Source: a virus (taxonomy: Duplodnaviria > Caudoviricetes). Taken from it: 64,000 nucleotides of DNA. Numbering within the stretch: position 1 is the first letter of the stretch; each line of letters starts with the position of its first letter. The notes beneath the pieces are model-generated. The model had not been told where the DNA came from and searched no databases. It saw only the letters and a list, made by a program, of their open reading frames with translations. Of this stretch, positions 1-9,708 are shown one piece after another. The stretch lies in IMG/VR virus record IMGVR_UViG_2786546133_000001, positions 25,636-89,635 of that record. One strand, 5' to 3'. Position numbers and translations under genes: made by a program.

Positions 1-2
1 CG

Positions 3-647
3 GCCGCCGCCGAGCTGCTCGACGAGAAGCTCATCGGACGGCGCATCGAGACCTACTCGATCGGCAAGGTCCTCGAAGCCGCGTTCGAGGCCGCTCCGTG
101 GCGCGAGCTGCTCGTACTCGCCGAGGAAAAGGGCATGGCCGACGCGCTCGATTCCGTCCGCAACCGTGCGACGAAGGCACTCCTCGAAGGCGCCGAGAGC
201 ACGAGCACGAACCAGCTCACGAACGAGGCGGGCCGACTGGAGCGCGAGGGCCTGCGGATGTTCCTCTCCCGCACCTACGGCTGGGCCGAGACGATCCGCG
301 AGCAGGAGGCCGAGCAGGCGGCCGAGGCCGAGCAGGAAGCCGCCGCCGAGCAGCAGGCGGCGGACGTCGTCGACGACGAGCCGAAGAAGACGCCGACCGA
401 CAAGCCGAAGAAGCCGACCCCCGCACAGCTCGCGATGCTGCGGAAGATCGAGACCGGTCAGGTAACGATCAAGGAACTCGGTTACGCCAGGCGCGCCGCC
501 TTCGGCCCCCACGGCCGCGAGAACCTCGGCGTCGTCGAGAACTGCATCTCGGGCCGCTTCGCCGAGCTCGACACGTCGACGACCCGCTACCAGGGCCAGG
601 CCGTCCGCCTCACCGACGCGGGCCGCGCCGCCCTCGCCGCCGCCTGA
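3..647 (+). CDS. Hypothetical phage protein, 5'-partial; possible C-terminal winged helix
   Basis: Frame of ORF 135..647 is open back to the window edge; GC3-rich codons; ends VRLTDAGRAAL. Confidence 0.7.
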   Translation, partial: AAAELLDEKLIGRRIETYSIGKVLEAAFEAAPWRELLVLAEEKGMADALDSVRNRATKALLEGAESTSTNQLTNEAGRLEREGLRMFLSRTYGWAETIREQEAEQAAEAEQEAAAEQQAADVVDDEPKKTPTDKPKKPTPAQLAMLRKIETGQVTIKELGYARRAAFGPHGRENLGVVENCISGRFAELDTSTTRYQGQAVRLTDAGRAALAAA

Positions 648-752
648 CGGCACCCCACGCTCACCGACGGGGCGCGTCCGCACCCAACCAGCGGACGCGC
701 CCCGCGGGCGCCCCAGACCGCCGCACTCGCCCTCTCGCCGAAGGAACACCCG

Positions 753-1202
753 ATGCCCGCCACCTCCGCTCGCGCCCTCACCGTCGACGACGTCACCGTG
801 ACCACCGACGACATGGGCCGCGTGTACGCCGTCATCCCCGACGAGATCGCCCGCCCGCTCGCGCTCGCCGCGCTCGAAGGGATCGACCCGCAGGCGCGCG
901 GGATCCACTTCGAGTCGGTCGCGCACCCCGCCGACTCGTGGGCGGCGGCCACGGTCCGGACCATCTTTGAAGCGCTGCTCGCCTCCCCCGACGTCGCCGA
1001 CGACCCGCACGAATGGGGCCTCGGCCAGTACCGCAAGCACGACGGCGGCACCTTCTACGGGTTCATTGTCGGCGCGAGCGGCTGGGACACGGCCCGCCGC
1101 TGGTGGCGCGACTACGACAACACCCGCGACCTGCGCGTGAGGGGTAACGCGAGCATCGCGTACCGCTCGCGCGGCGCCCTCGCCGGAACCTGCACCTTCT
1201 GA
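753..1202 (+). CDS. Hypothetical phage protein
   Basis: AAGGAA RBS; coding-like codon bias. Confidence 0.75.
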   Translation: MPATSARALTVDDVTVTTDDMGRVYAVIPDEIARPLALAALEGIDPQARGIHFESVAHPADSWAAATVRTIFEALLASPDVADDPHEWGLGQYRKHDGGTFYGFIVGASGWDTARRWWRDYDNTRDLRVRGNASIAYRSRGALAGTCTF

Positions 1203-1318
1203 CCGCCCCCGCCGCCCCCACGACCGCCGTCGCGGCGTGCTCGCCCTCCGCTCGCGGACACGCCCCGACGGCCCCCCCAGACCGCCCCGCAGACCCGGGC
1301 AGCGAAGGACCCGCACCC

Positions 1319-1540
1319 ATGACGATCAGCACGACGACGACCGCCCCCGAGCCGCTCGACGGCTGCCCCGGACCCGAGCGCGCGCACTGCGCCTACTGCG
1401 GGTCGACGAGCGTCAGCCGACCGGGCGCGCTGCTCGGCAACGGCGACACCTACTGCTGCGGCGCCCCCGTCTGCCGAGGCGACCGCGGGGACTGCGTCGC
1501 CGACCTGGAGGCGCACGAGAAGGCGCTGACGCCGCCCTGA
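1319..1540 (+). CDS. Small Cys-rich (Zn-binding) hypothetical protein
   Basis: AAGGA RBS; CAYC...CC...C motifs. Confidence 0.6.
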   Translation: MTISTTTTAPEPLDGCPGPERAHCAYCGSTSVSRPGALLGNGDTYCCGAPVCRGDRGDCVADLEAHEKALTPP

Positions 1541-1627
1541 GACGCCGAACCCGACGGGGGCCGACGAACCGCGCGGCCCCCGCCCCCGACCGCCCCAGAC
1601 GAGACCACAGGACGAAGGAGCAACGCC

Positions 1628-2305
1628 GTGACCGCGCAGGCCATCCGCACCACGTACAAGGGGCGCACGATCGAGGTCATCCCGCCGAGCAACCGCTACG
1701 CGGCGCCCGCCTTCACGGTGAACGACGCGTCGCCCAGGCCGGGCGAGCGCATGACCGGCGACCTCGGCCAGTCGGCCGCCGACTGCCTCGCGATGATCCG
1801 GCGGCTCATCGACGAGCGCGACGAGCAGGGCGCCGAGGGCATCCGCGGAGTCCGCGAGTACGCCTTTTGGTACGCGCCCGGGACGTGGGAGGAGTGCCCC
1901 AACGGCTCGGGCGCCGCGTACGGGCAGCACATCAAGCCCGTCGACGCCCCGTGCAACGAAGCGTCGTGCAAGGCGCAGGCGGCGCGCGTCGCCGCCCGCA
2001 AGGCCCGGCGGGCGCAGGGCAACCCGACGACGTCCGCCCTGTCGGCGCAGCTCGCGCGGGCCGGCTTCGAGCGGACCGGCGACGACGGCCGCCTGTCGGC
2101 CGGCTTCCGCGTGCTGAAGAACGAGGGCGGACCGGCGACCGGCGTGCGCGTCGTCTGGTACGGCGAGGGCGCTCGGATGCCGATGGACCGCACGCCCGGC
2201 CGCCTGCCCGAGGTCGCCGCCTTCGTGCGCGCGAAGGGCAAGTACGCCGTCCGGTACGAGGGCGGCGCGACGGTCTACGTCACCGCGAAGGGCGCCGCCG
2301 ACTGA
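1628..2305 (+). CDS. Hypothetical phage protein
   Basis: AAGGAG RBS, GTG start, codon bias. Confidence 0.75.
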   Translation: MTAQAIRTTYKGRTIEVIPPSNRYAAPAFTVNDASPRPGERMTGDLGQSAADCLAMIRRLIDERDEQGAEGIRGVREYAFWYAPGTWEECPNGSGAAYGQHIKPVDAPCNEASCKAQAARVAARKARRAQGNPTTSALSAQLARAGFERTGDDGRLSAGFRVLKNEGGPATGVRVVWYGEGARMPMDRTPGRLPEVAAFVRAKGKYAVRYEGGATVYVTAKGAAD

Positions 2306-2356
2306 TCGCCGGTCGCGCCGCCGGGGATGGGCCGGCGATTCTCCTCGTGGGGCAAC

Positions 2357-2387
2357 TTGACGGTGCAACGTGATGGTGCTTTACTTA
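2357..2387 (+). promoter_or_regulatory. Putative housekeeping-type early promoter
   Basis: TTGACG followed by AT-rich TTTACTTA at about 17-18 nt in an intergenic AT-rich patch. Confidence 0.45.
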
Positions 2388-2431
2388 TGTCTGTCAGCGC
2401 GGCACGGGGCCGCGCAGGGAGGGAGCAGGCC

Positions 2432-2704
2432 ATGAGCACCACGATCCGGATCCGCAACACCGAGGACGCCGTCGCCGTAGTCGCCGCCATGGCCACGAAG
2501 GTGATCGCGGCGGCCGGCCACGGCCACCACACCACGGACTACGTCGGCCAGGTCATGACCTCGGACGCGGTGCTCGACAAGATCCGCACCGCCTACGAGC
2601 GGCACACCGCGAACGGCAAGACGCCGAAGGACGCGGTGATCGCCGTCGGTCAGACCGTCGTCGCCTCGTACTGCGACCGCGCCGGAATCCCCACCAGCAA
2701 GTAA
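2432..2704 (+). CDS. Hypothetical phage protein
   Basis: GGAGGGAG RBS before ATG 2432 (MSTTIRIRN...). Confidence 0.75.
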   Translation: MSTTIRIRNTEDAVAVVAAMATKVIAAAGHGHHTTDYVGQVMTSDAVLDKIRTAYERHTANGKTPKDAVIAVGQTVVASYCDRAGIPTSK

Positions 2705-2764
2705 CCCCCTCCCTGGCGGGCGCCGACCAGGCGCCCGCCCCCACCCCGCGAAAGGACGCGCACC

Positions 2765-3277
2765 ATGACCGCCACCACCACCGCCGCCGCCCCCACCTAC
2801 GCCGCAGGCGACGTCGTCACGGGCCGCCCGCTGAAGAACGGCGAGCCGCAGGCCGTACGCAAGGGCATCGTCCTGGGCCCCTTCGGCACCGACCCGAAGG
2901 AAGGCGTGATCGTGTGGTGGTACGGCATGGGCCCCGCGTCCATGCAGACGACGTCGCTCATGTTCCCCCGCGAGCTCAAGGCGGCAGGCACCGTCGACGA
3001 GTTCTCCGAGGCCGTATGCCGACGCGTCGAGCGCGGCGCCGTCGCCTTCGACAAGGCGCACGCCGTCGGCCTCAAGGTCGCGGGCCGCCGCCTGCGCCTG
3101 CGCAACGCACGCCGCGAGGCCGCGCAGGTCCGGAACCGCTTCAAGGTCACGAAGCTGCGGGGCGGCTGGGCCGTAGAGGACACCGTCGAAGGCGGCTGCT
3201 GGACCGGACTCGTCTACGTCGGCGCCTGCCAGCTCCGCGACCGCAAGGAACGCGAGGCCCTCGCGGGCAAGCGCTGA
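2765..3277 (+). CDS. Hypothetical phage protein
   Basis: AAAGGA RBS; codon bias. Confidence 0.75.
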   Translation: MTATTTAAAPTYAAGDVVTGRPLKNGEPQAVRKGIVLGPFGTDPKEGVIVWWYGMGPASMQTTSLMFPRELKAAGTVDEFSEAVCRRVERGAVAFDKAHAVGLKVAGRRLRLRNARREAAQVRNRFKVTKLRGGWAVEDTVEGGCWTGLVYVGACQLRDRKEREALAGKR

Positions 3278-3357
3278 CCCTCCCTCCCCGCGGGGCGCCC
3301 GCTCGGCGCCCCGCCCCCGCTCCCCGCCCCGCCTGCTCGACGACGAGGACACCACCC

Positions 3358-3906
3358 ATGGACTTCCGCGAGACGACCGTCACCGTCTACGGCGTAACCC
3401 GCACCATCCGCACCGACTACGGCGACCGCGTGCGCACCGTCCGCCAGTTGGAGACGGCGCACACCAAGGCCGTACGCGCCACGCTCGCCGAGCTGCACGA
3501 GGCGGGCAAGGCCGACGCGCTCGCCGCCGCCGAGAAGGCCGCCAGGAAGGCCGAGCACGCCGCGCGTAACCACGCGAGCGGCCCCCTGCTGAACGAGGCG
3601 CGGCGGCTGCGTGAGCGCGTCAACGGCATCGCGAAGAGGAAGTTCGAGGCGCCGTCGTTCCCCGACCTCAAGGCCCGCATGCGGCCCGAACCCGTGAAGT
3701 TCGACCTCACCCCCGACGACCCGATGTTCGCCGACGTACACGAGTTCTTCGACCCCGAGGCCGAGGCCGCCGAGCGCGCCGCCGCCGAGCAGGCCGCCGC
3801 CGAAGAGCTGCCGAAGGACGCCCGCGAGTTCCTCGACTGGCTTCTGTCCGGCTCGCCGACGATGCCCGCCCACCTGATCACCACCACCGACCAGCCCGCC
3901 GCCTGA
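3358..3906 (+). CDS. Hypothetical phage protein
   Basis: GAGGA RBS before ATG 3358 (MDFRETTV...). Confidence 0.75.
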   Translation: MDFRETTVTVYGVTRTIRTDYGDRVRTVRQLETAHTKAVRATLAELHEAGKADALAAAEKAARKAEHAARNHASGPLLNEARRLRERVNGIAKRKFEAPSFPDLKARMRPEPVKFDLTPDDPMFADVHEFFDPEAEAAERAAAEQAAAEELPKDAREFLDWLLSGSPTMPAHLITTTDQPAA

Positions 3907-3969
3907 CCGCTGCTCGACGACCGGGCGCCCGCCGCGGCGCCCGGCCCTTCCCGCCCGAGGAGAACCAGC

Positions 3970-4554
3970 ATGCCCACCCCGACCACCGAGACCCGCGACG
4001 GCGACGAGCCGGCCGCGCCCCGCCCGGACACGCCCGAGCAGCGCGAAGCCGACCGCCTCGCGAAGATCGCCGACGGCCTGGAGGCCGAGGCCGCGCGCAT
4101 GTCGCGCCACGCGTCCGGCATGTACGGCCGCTTCGAGGGCGGTCAGCCGCTGCTCGTCGGCCACAGTTCCTACCGCTCCGCCGTCCGCGACCGCGACCGC
4201 GCCGACAACGCCACCCGCCGCGCCGTCGAGAAGGCCGAAGAGGCGAAGCGCGCGCGCTCCCGCGCCAACCAGGCCCAGGCCGTCGCCGACCTCGCCGCCG
4301 TCGAGGCGAGCCGCTCCCGCGACTGGCAGCCCGCCGACTTCCGCAAGGGCGACGTCGTCACCGTCCGCGACTTCCGCCGCGACATGGCCGTCACGAGCAC
4401 CTACGCCGTCAAGCGGGTCAACGCGAAGACGCTCACGCTCGACGGCGGCGGGGGCGGCTGGGACGACCCGAAGCGCACGTACGACCGCGTCCTGTCCCGC
4501 ACCCGCGACGGCGTCACCGTCACCGACCCCGGTCAGCTCGACGCCGACAGCTGA
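3970..4554 (+). CDS. DUF3560-like protein
   Basis: GQPLLVGHSS motif in a helical region resembles the DUF3560 GQPILVGHHS signature; GAGGAG RBS. Confidence 0.65.
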   Translation: MPTPTTETRDGDEPAAPRPDTPEQREADRLAKIADGLEAEAARMSRHASGMYGRFEGGQPLLVGHSSYRSAVRDRDRADNATRRAVEKAEEAKRARSRANQAQAVADLAAVEASRSRDWQPADFRKGDVVTVRDFRRDMAVTSTYAVKRVNAKTLTLDGGGGGWDDPKRTYDRVLSRTRDGVTVTDPGQLDADS

Positions 4555-4565
4555 GGAGCTACGAC

Positions 4566-4769
4566 GTGTCGAACCGGCAGAAGGAAGTGAAGGAGCTCTT
4601 CCGCAAGATCCGTAAACAGACGTCGAGCATCGAGCCGACCGGCGGCGGGCACTGGGCCGCCACCCACAAGACGACCGGCGAGACCGTTTACATCCCGTCG
4701 ACGCCGAGCGACGTCCGCGCCCTGAAGAACAAGCGCAGCGACCTGCGCGCCGCAGGCTTCCGCATATGA
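4566..4769 (+). CDS. HicA-like small dsRBD-fold protein
   Basis: 67 aa, basic, GGGHW followed by beta strands and PSTPSD..ALKN; GAGGAG RBS. Confidence 0.6.
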   Translation: MSNRQKEVKELFRKIRKQTSSIEPTGGGHWAATHKTTGETVYIPSTPSDVRALKNKRSDLRAAGFRI

Positions 4770-4792
4770 CCACGAGCAGGAGACACCCCACC

Positions 4793-5239
4793 ATGAGCAG
4801 CGAGCAGCAAGACGCCCCGGAGTTCACCGAGCACCAGGCCCGCCAGATGTTGCAGTACGGCGATTACCCGAACGCGGAAGCCTTTCAGCCGTTCCGCGGC
4901 GAGGGCGGGACGTTCCTCGGGTACACGTTCCAGGTCGGCCAGCTCCACGCCGCCCGATACGGCTGGATCGCCCCCGACGGCACGTACGGCAAGAGCCTGG
5001 AGGCGTACCGCTCGACCGCCTCGGACATGCTCGTGCAGGTCGCTCGGGACGCCCAGAACCGTACCGCGGTCCTCCGTGTCGGCGAGGTCGCCACCATGGG
5101 CACGGACGACCTGCTCGCGTACCTCCGCGGCAGGATCGAGCGCTTCCACGCCGACCCGGCCGACCGCACCCGCCAGGCGTGGGACGAGCTCGACCGGCGC
5201 CTGTCCGGCGGTCACCGCCCGCCGTCGGACTGGCGTTGA
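4793..5239 (+). CDS. Hypothetical phage protein
   Basis: AGGAG RBS. Confidence 0.7.
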   Translation: MSSEQQDAPEFTEHQARQMLQYGDYPNAEAFQPFRGEGGTFLGYTFQVGQLHAARYGWIAPDGTYGKSLEAYRSTASDMLVQVARDAQNRTAVLRVGEVATMGTDDLLAYLRGRIERFHADPADRTRQAWDELDRRLSGGHRPPSDWR

Positions 5240-5253
5240 CGGAGGCCCGGACC

Positions 5254-5502
5254 ATGAGCACACAGACCGGCCCGAGCATGACGCCGAAGCAGATCGACGA
5301 CCTGCGCGCGCTGCGCGAGGGAGGCCGCATCACCGACGCCTTCCTGACCAGCCTCGCCCGGCACCACCGCCGGGCGGAGGCCGACGGCGTCCGCAACCCG
5401 GCCCGCCACTTCGCCGCGTACTTCGACGTCCTGCCGCAGACCGTAGAGACATGGCTGCGGATGGCCCGCCGCCGCGGCCTCACCGGAAAGGACACCGGCT
5501 GA
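5254..5502 (+). CDS. Small HTH DNA-binding protein
   Basis: GGAGG RBS; FAAYFDVLPQTVETWLRMARRRG HTH pattern. Confidence 0.65.
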   Translation: MSTQTGPSMTPKQIDDLRALREGGRITDAFLTSLARHHRRAEADGVRNPARHFAAYFDVLPQTVETWLRMARRRGLTGKDTG

Positions 5503-5789
5503 TGGCCCTCGTACTGACGACCGTCTGCGACACGACGGAGTGCCTCGCCCTGCACGTCGGTCTGCCCGGCGCCGACGCCGAGCACGAGCGCGCCGCCGCC
5601 GAGCGAGCCGGCTGGGACGTCAGCAACCCCGACGGCCCGCACCACTGCCCGAGCTGCCACACCGGCGGCGACCCCGTGACCGAACTCGGCGAGTGCCCGA
5701 AGTGCCAGGGCCGACAGGTCGCCCTCGCCCGCGGCGAGCGCTGCCTGTACTGCCGCCACCTCACCCCGTACCCGCCCGGCGACGACTGA
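5502..5789 (+). CDS. Zn-finger protein
   Basis: TGATG coupling; CDTTEC, CPSC, CPKC, CLYC. Confidence 0.65.
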   Translation: MALVLTTVCDTTECLALHVGLPGADAEHERAAAERAGWDVSNPDGPHHCPSCHTGGDPVTELGECPKCQGRQVALARGERCLYCRHLTPYPPGDD

Positions 5790-5833
5790 CCAGCCGCTAC
5801 CCTCAGCCCAGGACGCGCGAAGGAGTACCGACC

Positions 5834-6127
5834 ATGAGCGGACCATCAGCAGCAGACCTCGCCCGGCGCCTCTCCGGAGGCTACGGCCGGGGCGAAGGAC
5901 ACTTCGGCCTCGTCGACGCCACCGACGCCGGGGCCGCCCAGTGCAAGACCTGCGGCGGTCACGCCGTCCTGTACTTCGTCGAGACGGCCGAGGAGACGAT
6001 GACGTATGCGTGCCTCGACCACGCCGCGGCGATCGCCTATGACGCCGCCGTAGCCTCGACCGCCTCGCCCGACGTCCCCGCCTCCGAGCGCGGCGCCGAC
6101 GACCGGCGGTGGCGCACGCAGGACTGA
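5834..6127 (+). CDS. Hypothetical Zn-ribbon-like protein
   Basis: AAGGAG RBS; CKTC...CLDH. Confidence 0.6.
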   Translation: MSGPSAADLARRLSGGYGRGEGHFGLVDATDAGAAQCKTCGGHAVLYFVETAEETMTYACLDHAAAIAYDAAVASTASPDVPASERGADDRRWRTQD

Positions 6128-6257
6128 GCCGCTCACCTTTCGCCCGAGCCCGCCTGGCACCAGCGCCGCGGCGGGCTCTCGCGCGTCCCGAGCATGTCCA
6201 CCCCGCCGCTTATCCTTCTCGGCCGACTCACCGGCCCGGCGACCAGGGGAAACGGCC

Positions 6258-7181
6258 ATGGACGACAAGGCGACGTACGCACGCACCGAGACACTCCCGC
6301 TCGGCCGGCTCCGGCCGTTCCCCGGCAACGCGAAGATCGGCAACGTCCCGAAGATCCTGGAGAGCCTTTGCAGGAACGGGCAGTACAGGTCGCTCGTCGT
6401 CCGCGAGCACGACGGCGGCACGCTGACCGTCCTCGCCGGTAACCACACCCTTCAGGCGCTCGCCGCCCACGGGCCCGGCGACTGCGGCATGACCACCCGC
6501 AACGGCGACACCGAGCGGCCCTGCGCCGTCTGCGGAAACAAGCCCTGGGATCCGGCCGCGCGCTGCGAGATCGTCACCTGCGACGACGACACCGCGACCC
6601 GGATCAACCTCGTCGACAACGCCTCGAACGACGGCGAGTACGACGCGCTCGCCCTCGCCGCGCTCGTCGAGGGCCTCGACGGCGACCTGACCGGCACGGG
6701 CTACACCGACGCCGACCTTGAGACGCTCGTGACCGCGCTGGACGTCGCGATGGACGACGCCGACCTGTACGACGACGAGGACGAGGACGAGGACGACAAG
6801 CAGGACCAGGCGCCCGAGCAGCCGGCGGCCGCCGCGGCGCCGACACCGACGACCGCGGTCGCGACCGGCGAGCAGCAGCCGGCGCCGGGCATCGTCACCG
6901 CGCCGACGCCGTCCGGGCTGGCCGCCGTCGACTCGTCGGCCGGGCTCGTGCCCGCCTTCTCGCACGAGCGCGTCCCGATGGTGCTGCACTTCTCGCAGGC
7001 CGACCGCGACGAGGCTGCCCGGCTCGTGTCCGCCGCCCGCGACATGTTCCCCGCCGACGAGTCCCCGGCGATCGTGCTGCGCTCCCTGCGCACGCTCGTC
7101 GCCGTCCTGGACTCGCGCCACTCCCCGGACGGCGTCGTGACCGTCGCCGCCCTGCTGCGCGCCGCAGGGGCCGACCGGTGA
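6258..7181 (+). CDS. ParB/Srx-like nuclease-domain protein (paralog 1)
   Basis: LRPFPGNAK...SL.RNGQYRSLVV...VLAGNHT...NLVDN ParB-N motifs; acidic linker. Confidence 0.8.
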   Translation: MDDKATYARTETLPLGRLRPFPGNAKIGNVPKILESLCRNGQYRSLVVREHDGGTLTVLAGNHTLQALAAHGPGDCGMTTRNGDTERPCAVCGNKPWDPAARCEIVTCDDDTATRINLVDNASNDGEYDALALAALVEGLDGDLTGTGYTDADLETLVTALDVAMDDADLYDDEDEDEDDKQDQAPEQPAAAAAPTPTTAVATGEQQPAPGIVTAPTPSGLAAVDSSAGLVPAFSHERVPMVLHFSQADRDEAARLVSAARDMFPADESPAIVLRSLRTLVAVLDSRHSPDGVVTVAALLRAAGADR

Positions 7182-7951
7182 CCGCCGTCGACGTCGCCCC
7201 GCCCCGCCGCCGTCGACGCCGCCGCCGGTCGCTGCGCCCCGAGCGGCTCCTGACGCAGAACTCAGAGCTGCGCGAAGAGGGCATATGGAACTGGACGATC
7301 CCGGCGCTCGCGACCCGCCTGCGTGACGGCCGCACCGTCAAGACGTGCCCGGCGGCCGGCGTCTGTGCCCTGGCCTGCTACGCGAGGAACGGGACGTACA
7401 ACTTCCCCGGCGTCGTCGAGCGTCATCAGCAAAACCTCGCGTACGTCCTCGACGACCCTGGCGGCTGGCAACGGCAGATGGTCGCCGAACTCGGCCACCC
7501 TCGGCACGCCGGCGGCTGGGTCCGCGTGCACGACGCCGGCGACTTCTTCAGTGACGCCTACCTCGCCGCCTGGCTGCGCGTCATGGCCTGGCGGCCCGAG
7601 GTCAACTTCTACGCGTACACGAAGGAAGTCGAGCGGTTCCGCAGGCTCGTCGAACCCGCCCCGCCCCGTAACTTCCGGTGGGTCTACTCCTACGGCGGCA
7701 CCGAGGACCACCTCCTCGACCCCGCCCGCGATCGCGTCGCCGACGTCTTCCCCGACGAGCAGGCGATCAGCGCGGCCGGCTGGCACAACCAGGACGCCTC
7801 AGACCTGCTCGCCGTCCTCGGGCCCGCGCCGGTCGGCATCCCCTCGAACCGCATCCCGCAATTCCGGCGCCGCATGGCGGGCCGCACCTTCCGCGAGTGG
7901 CAGGCCGAGCAGGACGCCCGCCGCGCCGCCCGGCGTTCGCCGAGCACCTGA
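7178..7951 (+). CDS. Gp88-like phage protein (Cys cluster)
   Basis: LLTQNSEL, TCPAAGVCALACYA, RVHDAGDF and FYAYTK motifs typical of actinophage Gp88 family. Confidence 0.65.
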   Translation: MTAVDVAPPRRRRRRRRSLRPERLLTQNSELREEGIWNWTIPALATRLRDGRTVKTCPAAGVCALACYARNGTYNFPGVVERHQQNLAYVLDDPGGWQRQMVAELGHPRHAGGWVRVHDAGDFFSDAYLAAWLRVMAWRPEVNFYAYTKEVERFRRLVEPAPPRNFRWVYSYGGTEDHLLDPARDRVADVFPDEQAISAAGWHNQDASDLLAVLGPAPVGIPSNRIPQFRRRMAGRTFREWQAEQDARRAARRSPST

Positions 7952-7968
7952 CCTGCCGGGCCGTCTCC

Positions 7969-8002
7969 TACCCTGTGTGTCGACTGCTGGTTGTGGGCCG
8001 AG
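7969..8002 (+). promoter_or_regulatory. Late leader element 1: TACCCT box + GCTGGTTGTGGGCCGAG
   Basis: One of 8 copies; ends 27 nt before ATG 8030. Confidence 0.75.
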
Positions 8003-8029
8003 TCAAGCGCTACCAGGGGATTCACGCTC

Positions 8030-8659
8030 ATGACTCAGGCCACGCACGTCCGGACCGCCGTCCTCGCCCTCGACGAGCTCACCCCGTATCCCGGTAACCC
8101 TCGCGTCGGGAACGTGCCGTCGATCCTCCAGAGCCTCCGCCGGAACGGGCAGTACCGCGGGCTCGTCGTCCGCGACGAAGGCAACGGCCGGCTCGTCATC
8201 CTCGCCGGCAACCACACCGCGAAGGCGCTCGCCGCGCACGGCCCGGAAGCCTGCGACTACACAGTCAAGGTCAACGGCACCGAGCGGCCCTGCGGCGTCT
8301 GCCAGAACCAGCCATGGGAGCCGAGCGCCCGCGTCGACGTCATCACCTGCGACGACGACACCGCCCGCCGCATCGTCCTCGCCGACAACAAGACCAGCGA
8401 CGACGGCACGTACGACAACGACGCCTTGGCCGAACTGCTCAGCTACCTCGACGAGGACGGCTACGAAGGCACCGGCTACAGCGACGACGAGGTCACGCGG
8501 CTGATCCACGTCGACCTCCCCGAGGGCTTCGAGTCGTACGCCGAAGACGTCGCCGACCAGCCCGGCACGTCGAGCAGCGAACCGGCGACCGCGTTCATTC
8601 ACACCTGCCCTAACTGCGGCCACGAGTTCCAGACCGGCGCGACCGGCACCGACAGCTGA
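8030..8659 (+). CDS. ParB/Srx-like nuclease-domain protein (paralog 2) with C-terminal Zn ribbon
   Basis: LTPYPGNPR...RNGQYRGLVV...ILAGNHT...LADNK; CPNCGHEF. Confidence 0.8.
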   Translation: MTQATHVRTAVLALDELTPYPGNPRVGNVPSILQSLRRNGQYRGLVVRDEGNGRLVILAGNHTAKALAAHGPEACDYTVKVNGTERPCGVCQNQPWEPSARVDVITCDDDTARRIVLADNKTSDDGTYDNDALAELLSYLDEDGYEGTGYSDDEVTRLIHVDLPEGFESYAEDVADQPGTSSSEPATAFIHTCPNCGHEFQTGATGTDS

Positions 8660-9708
8660 TGGGCGCCTACAAGGACCGACTCGACGCGCTGTGGGCGGCA
8701 CACGTCGCCCCGCGCGCCGACGACGCACCCACAGTCGTCAGCACGTTCGCGGGGGGCGGAGGATCGAGCCTGGGCTACGGCGCGGCCGGTTTCCGCGAGC
8801 TCCTCGCCGTCGAGTGGGACAAGCACGCCGCGATGTGCCTGCGTCGCAACTTCCCCGAGGTCGAGGTCTTCCACGGGGACATAGCCAAGGTCGACCCCTC
8901 GATCCTCGACCTCGCGCCCGGCGAGCTCGACGTCTTCGACGGCTCCCCGCCCTGCCAGGGCTTCAGCACCGCCGGGAAGCGGCAGATCGACGACCCCCGC
9001 AACGGCCTGTTCCGCGAGTACGTCCGCCTGCTCGACGCCTGGCAGCCGAAGGTGTTCGTGATGGAGAACGTGTCGGGCATGGTCAAGGGCCGCATGCGCT
9101 CCCTGTTCGCGGAGATCCTCGGCGCCCTCAAGACGGCCGGTCCGGGGTACCGCGTCGTCGCCCGGCTCGTCGACTGCGGGTACTTCGGCGTCGCCACCAT
9201 GCGACAGCGCATGATCTTCGTCGGCGTCCGCGAGGACCTCGCCCTCGACCCCGTCCACCCCGCCCCGCAGATGCGGCCGCCCGTCCTGCGCGACGCCCTC
9301 GAAGACCTCGGCGACCCCGGCCTCATCCTCCACCCCAAGGGCGGGATCACCACGCTCGCGCCGCTCGTACCGCCAGGCCGCGACGGCGCCGACGTCCTGC
9401 ACTCACGCGGTGCTCGACGAGCGTTCTTCAACCTCCAGCGCGCCCACTGGGACCGGCAATGCTGGACGATCACCAAGAGCATGGCCCCCGGACGTCACGG
9501 GATCATGCACCCCGACGAGAACCGCTTCCTGTCCTCGCGCGAGATCTGCCGCATCCAGGGCTTCCCCGACGCCTACGACTGGGGCGAGAGCCGGCTGCAA
9601 GACATCTGGGCCCGCGTCGGCAACAGCGTCCCGCCGCCCCTCATGCTCGCCGTCGCCTCCACCATCCGCGACCGCATCCTCACCCCCGCCCGCACCCGGC
9701 GCGAGTAG
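8659..9708 (+). CDS. DNA (cytosine-5)-methyltransferase
   Basis: Motif I FAGGGG, catalytic GSPPCQGFS, ENV, RQR, GNSVPP. Confidence 0.92.
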   Translation: MGAYKDRLDALWAAHVAPRADDAPTVVSTFAGGGGSSLGYGAAGFRELLAVEWDKHAAMCLRRNFPEVEVFHGDIAKVDPSILDLAPGELDVFDGSPPCQGFSTAGKRQIDDPRNGLFREYVRLLDAWQPKVFVMENVSGMVKGRMRSLFAEILGALKTAGPGYRVVARLVDCGYFGVATMRQRMIFVGVREDLALDPVHPAPQMRPPVLRDALEDLGDPGLILHPKGGITTLAPLVPPGRDGADVLHSRGARRAFFNLQRAHWDRQCWTITKSMAPGRHGIMHPDENRFLSSREICRIQGFPDAYDWGESRLQDIWARVGNSVPPPLMLAVASTIRDRILTPARTRRE

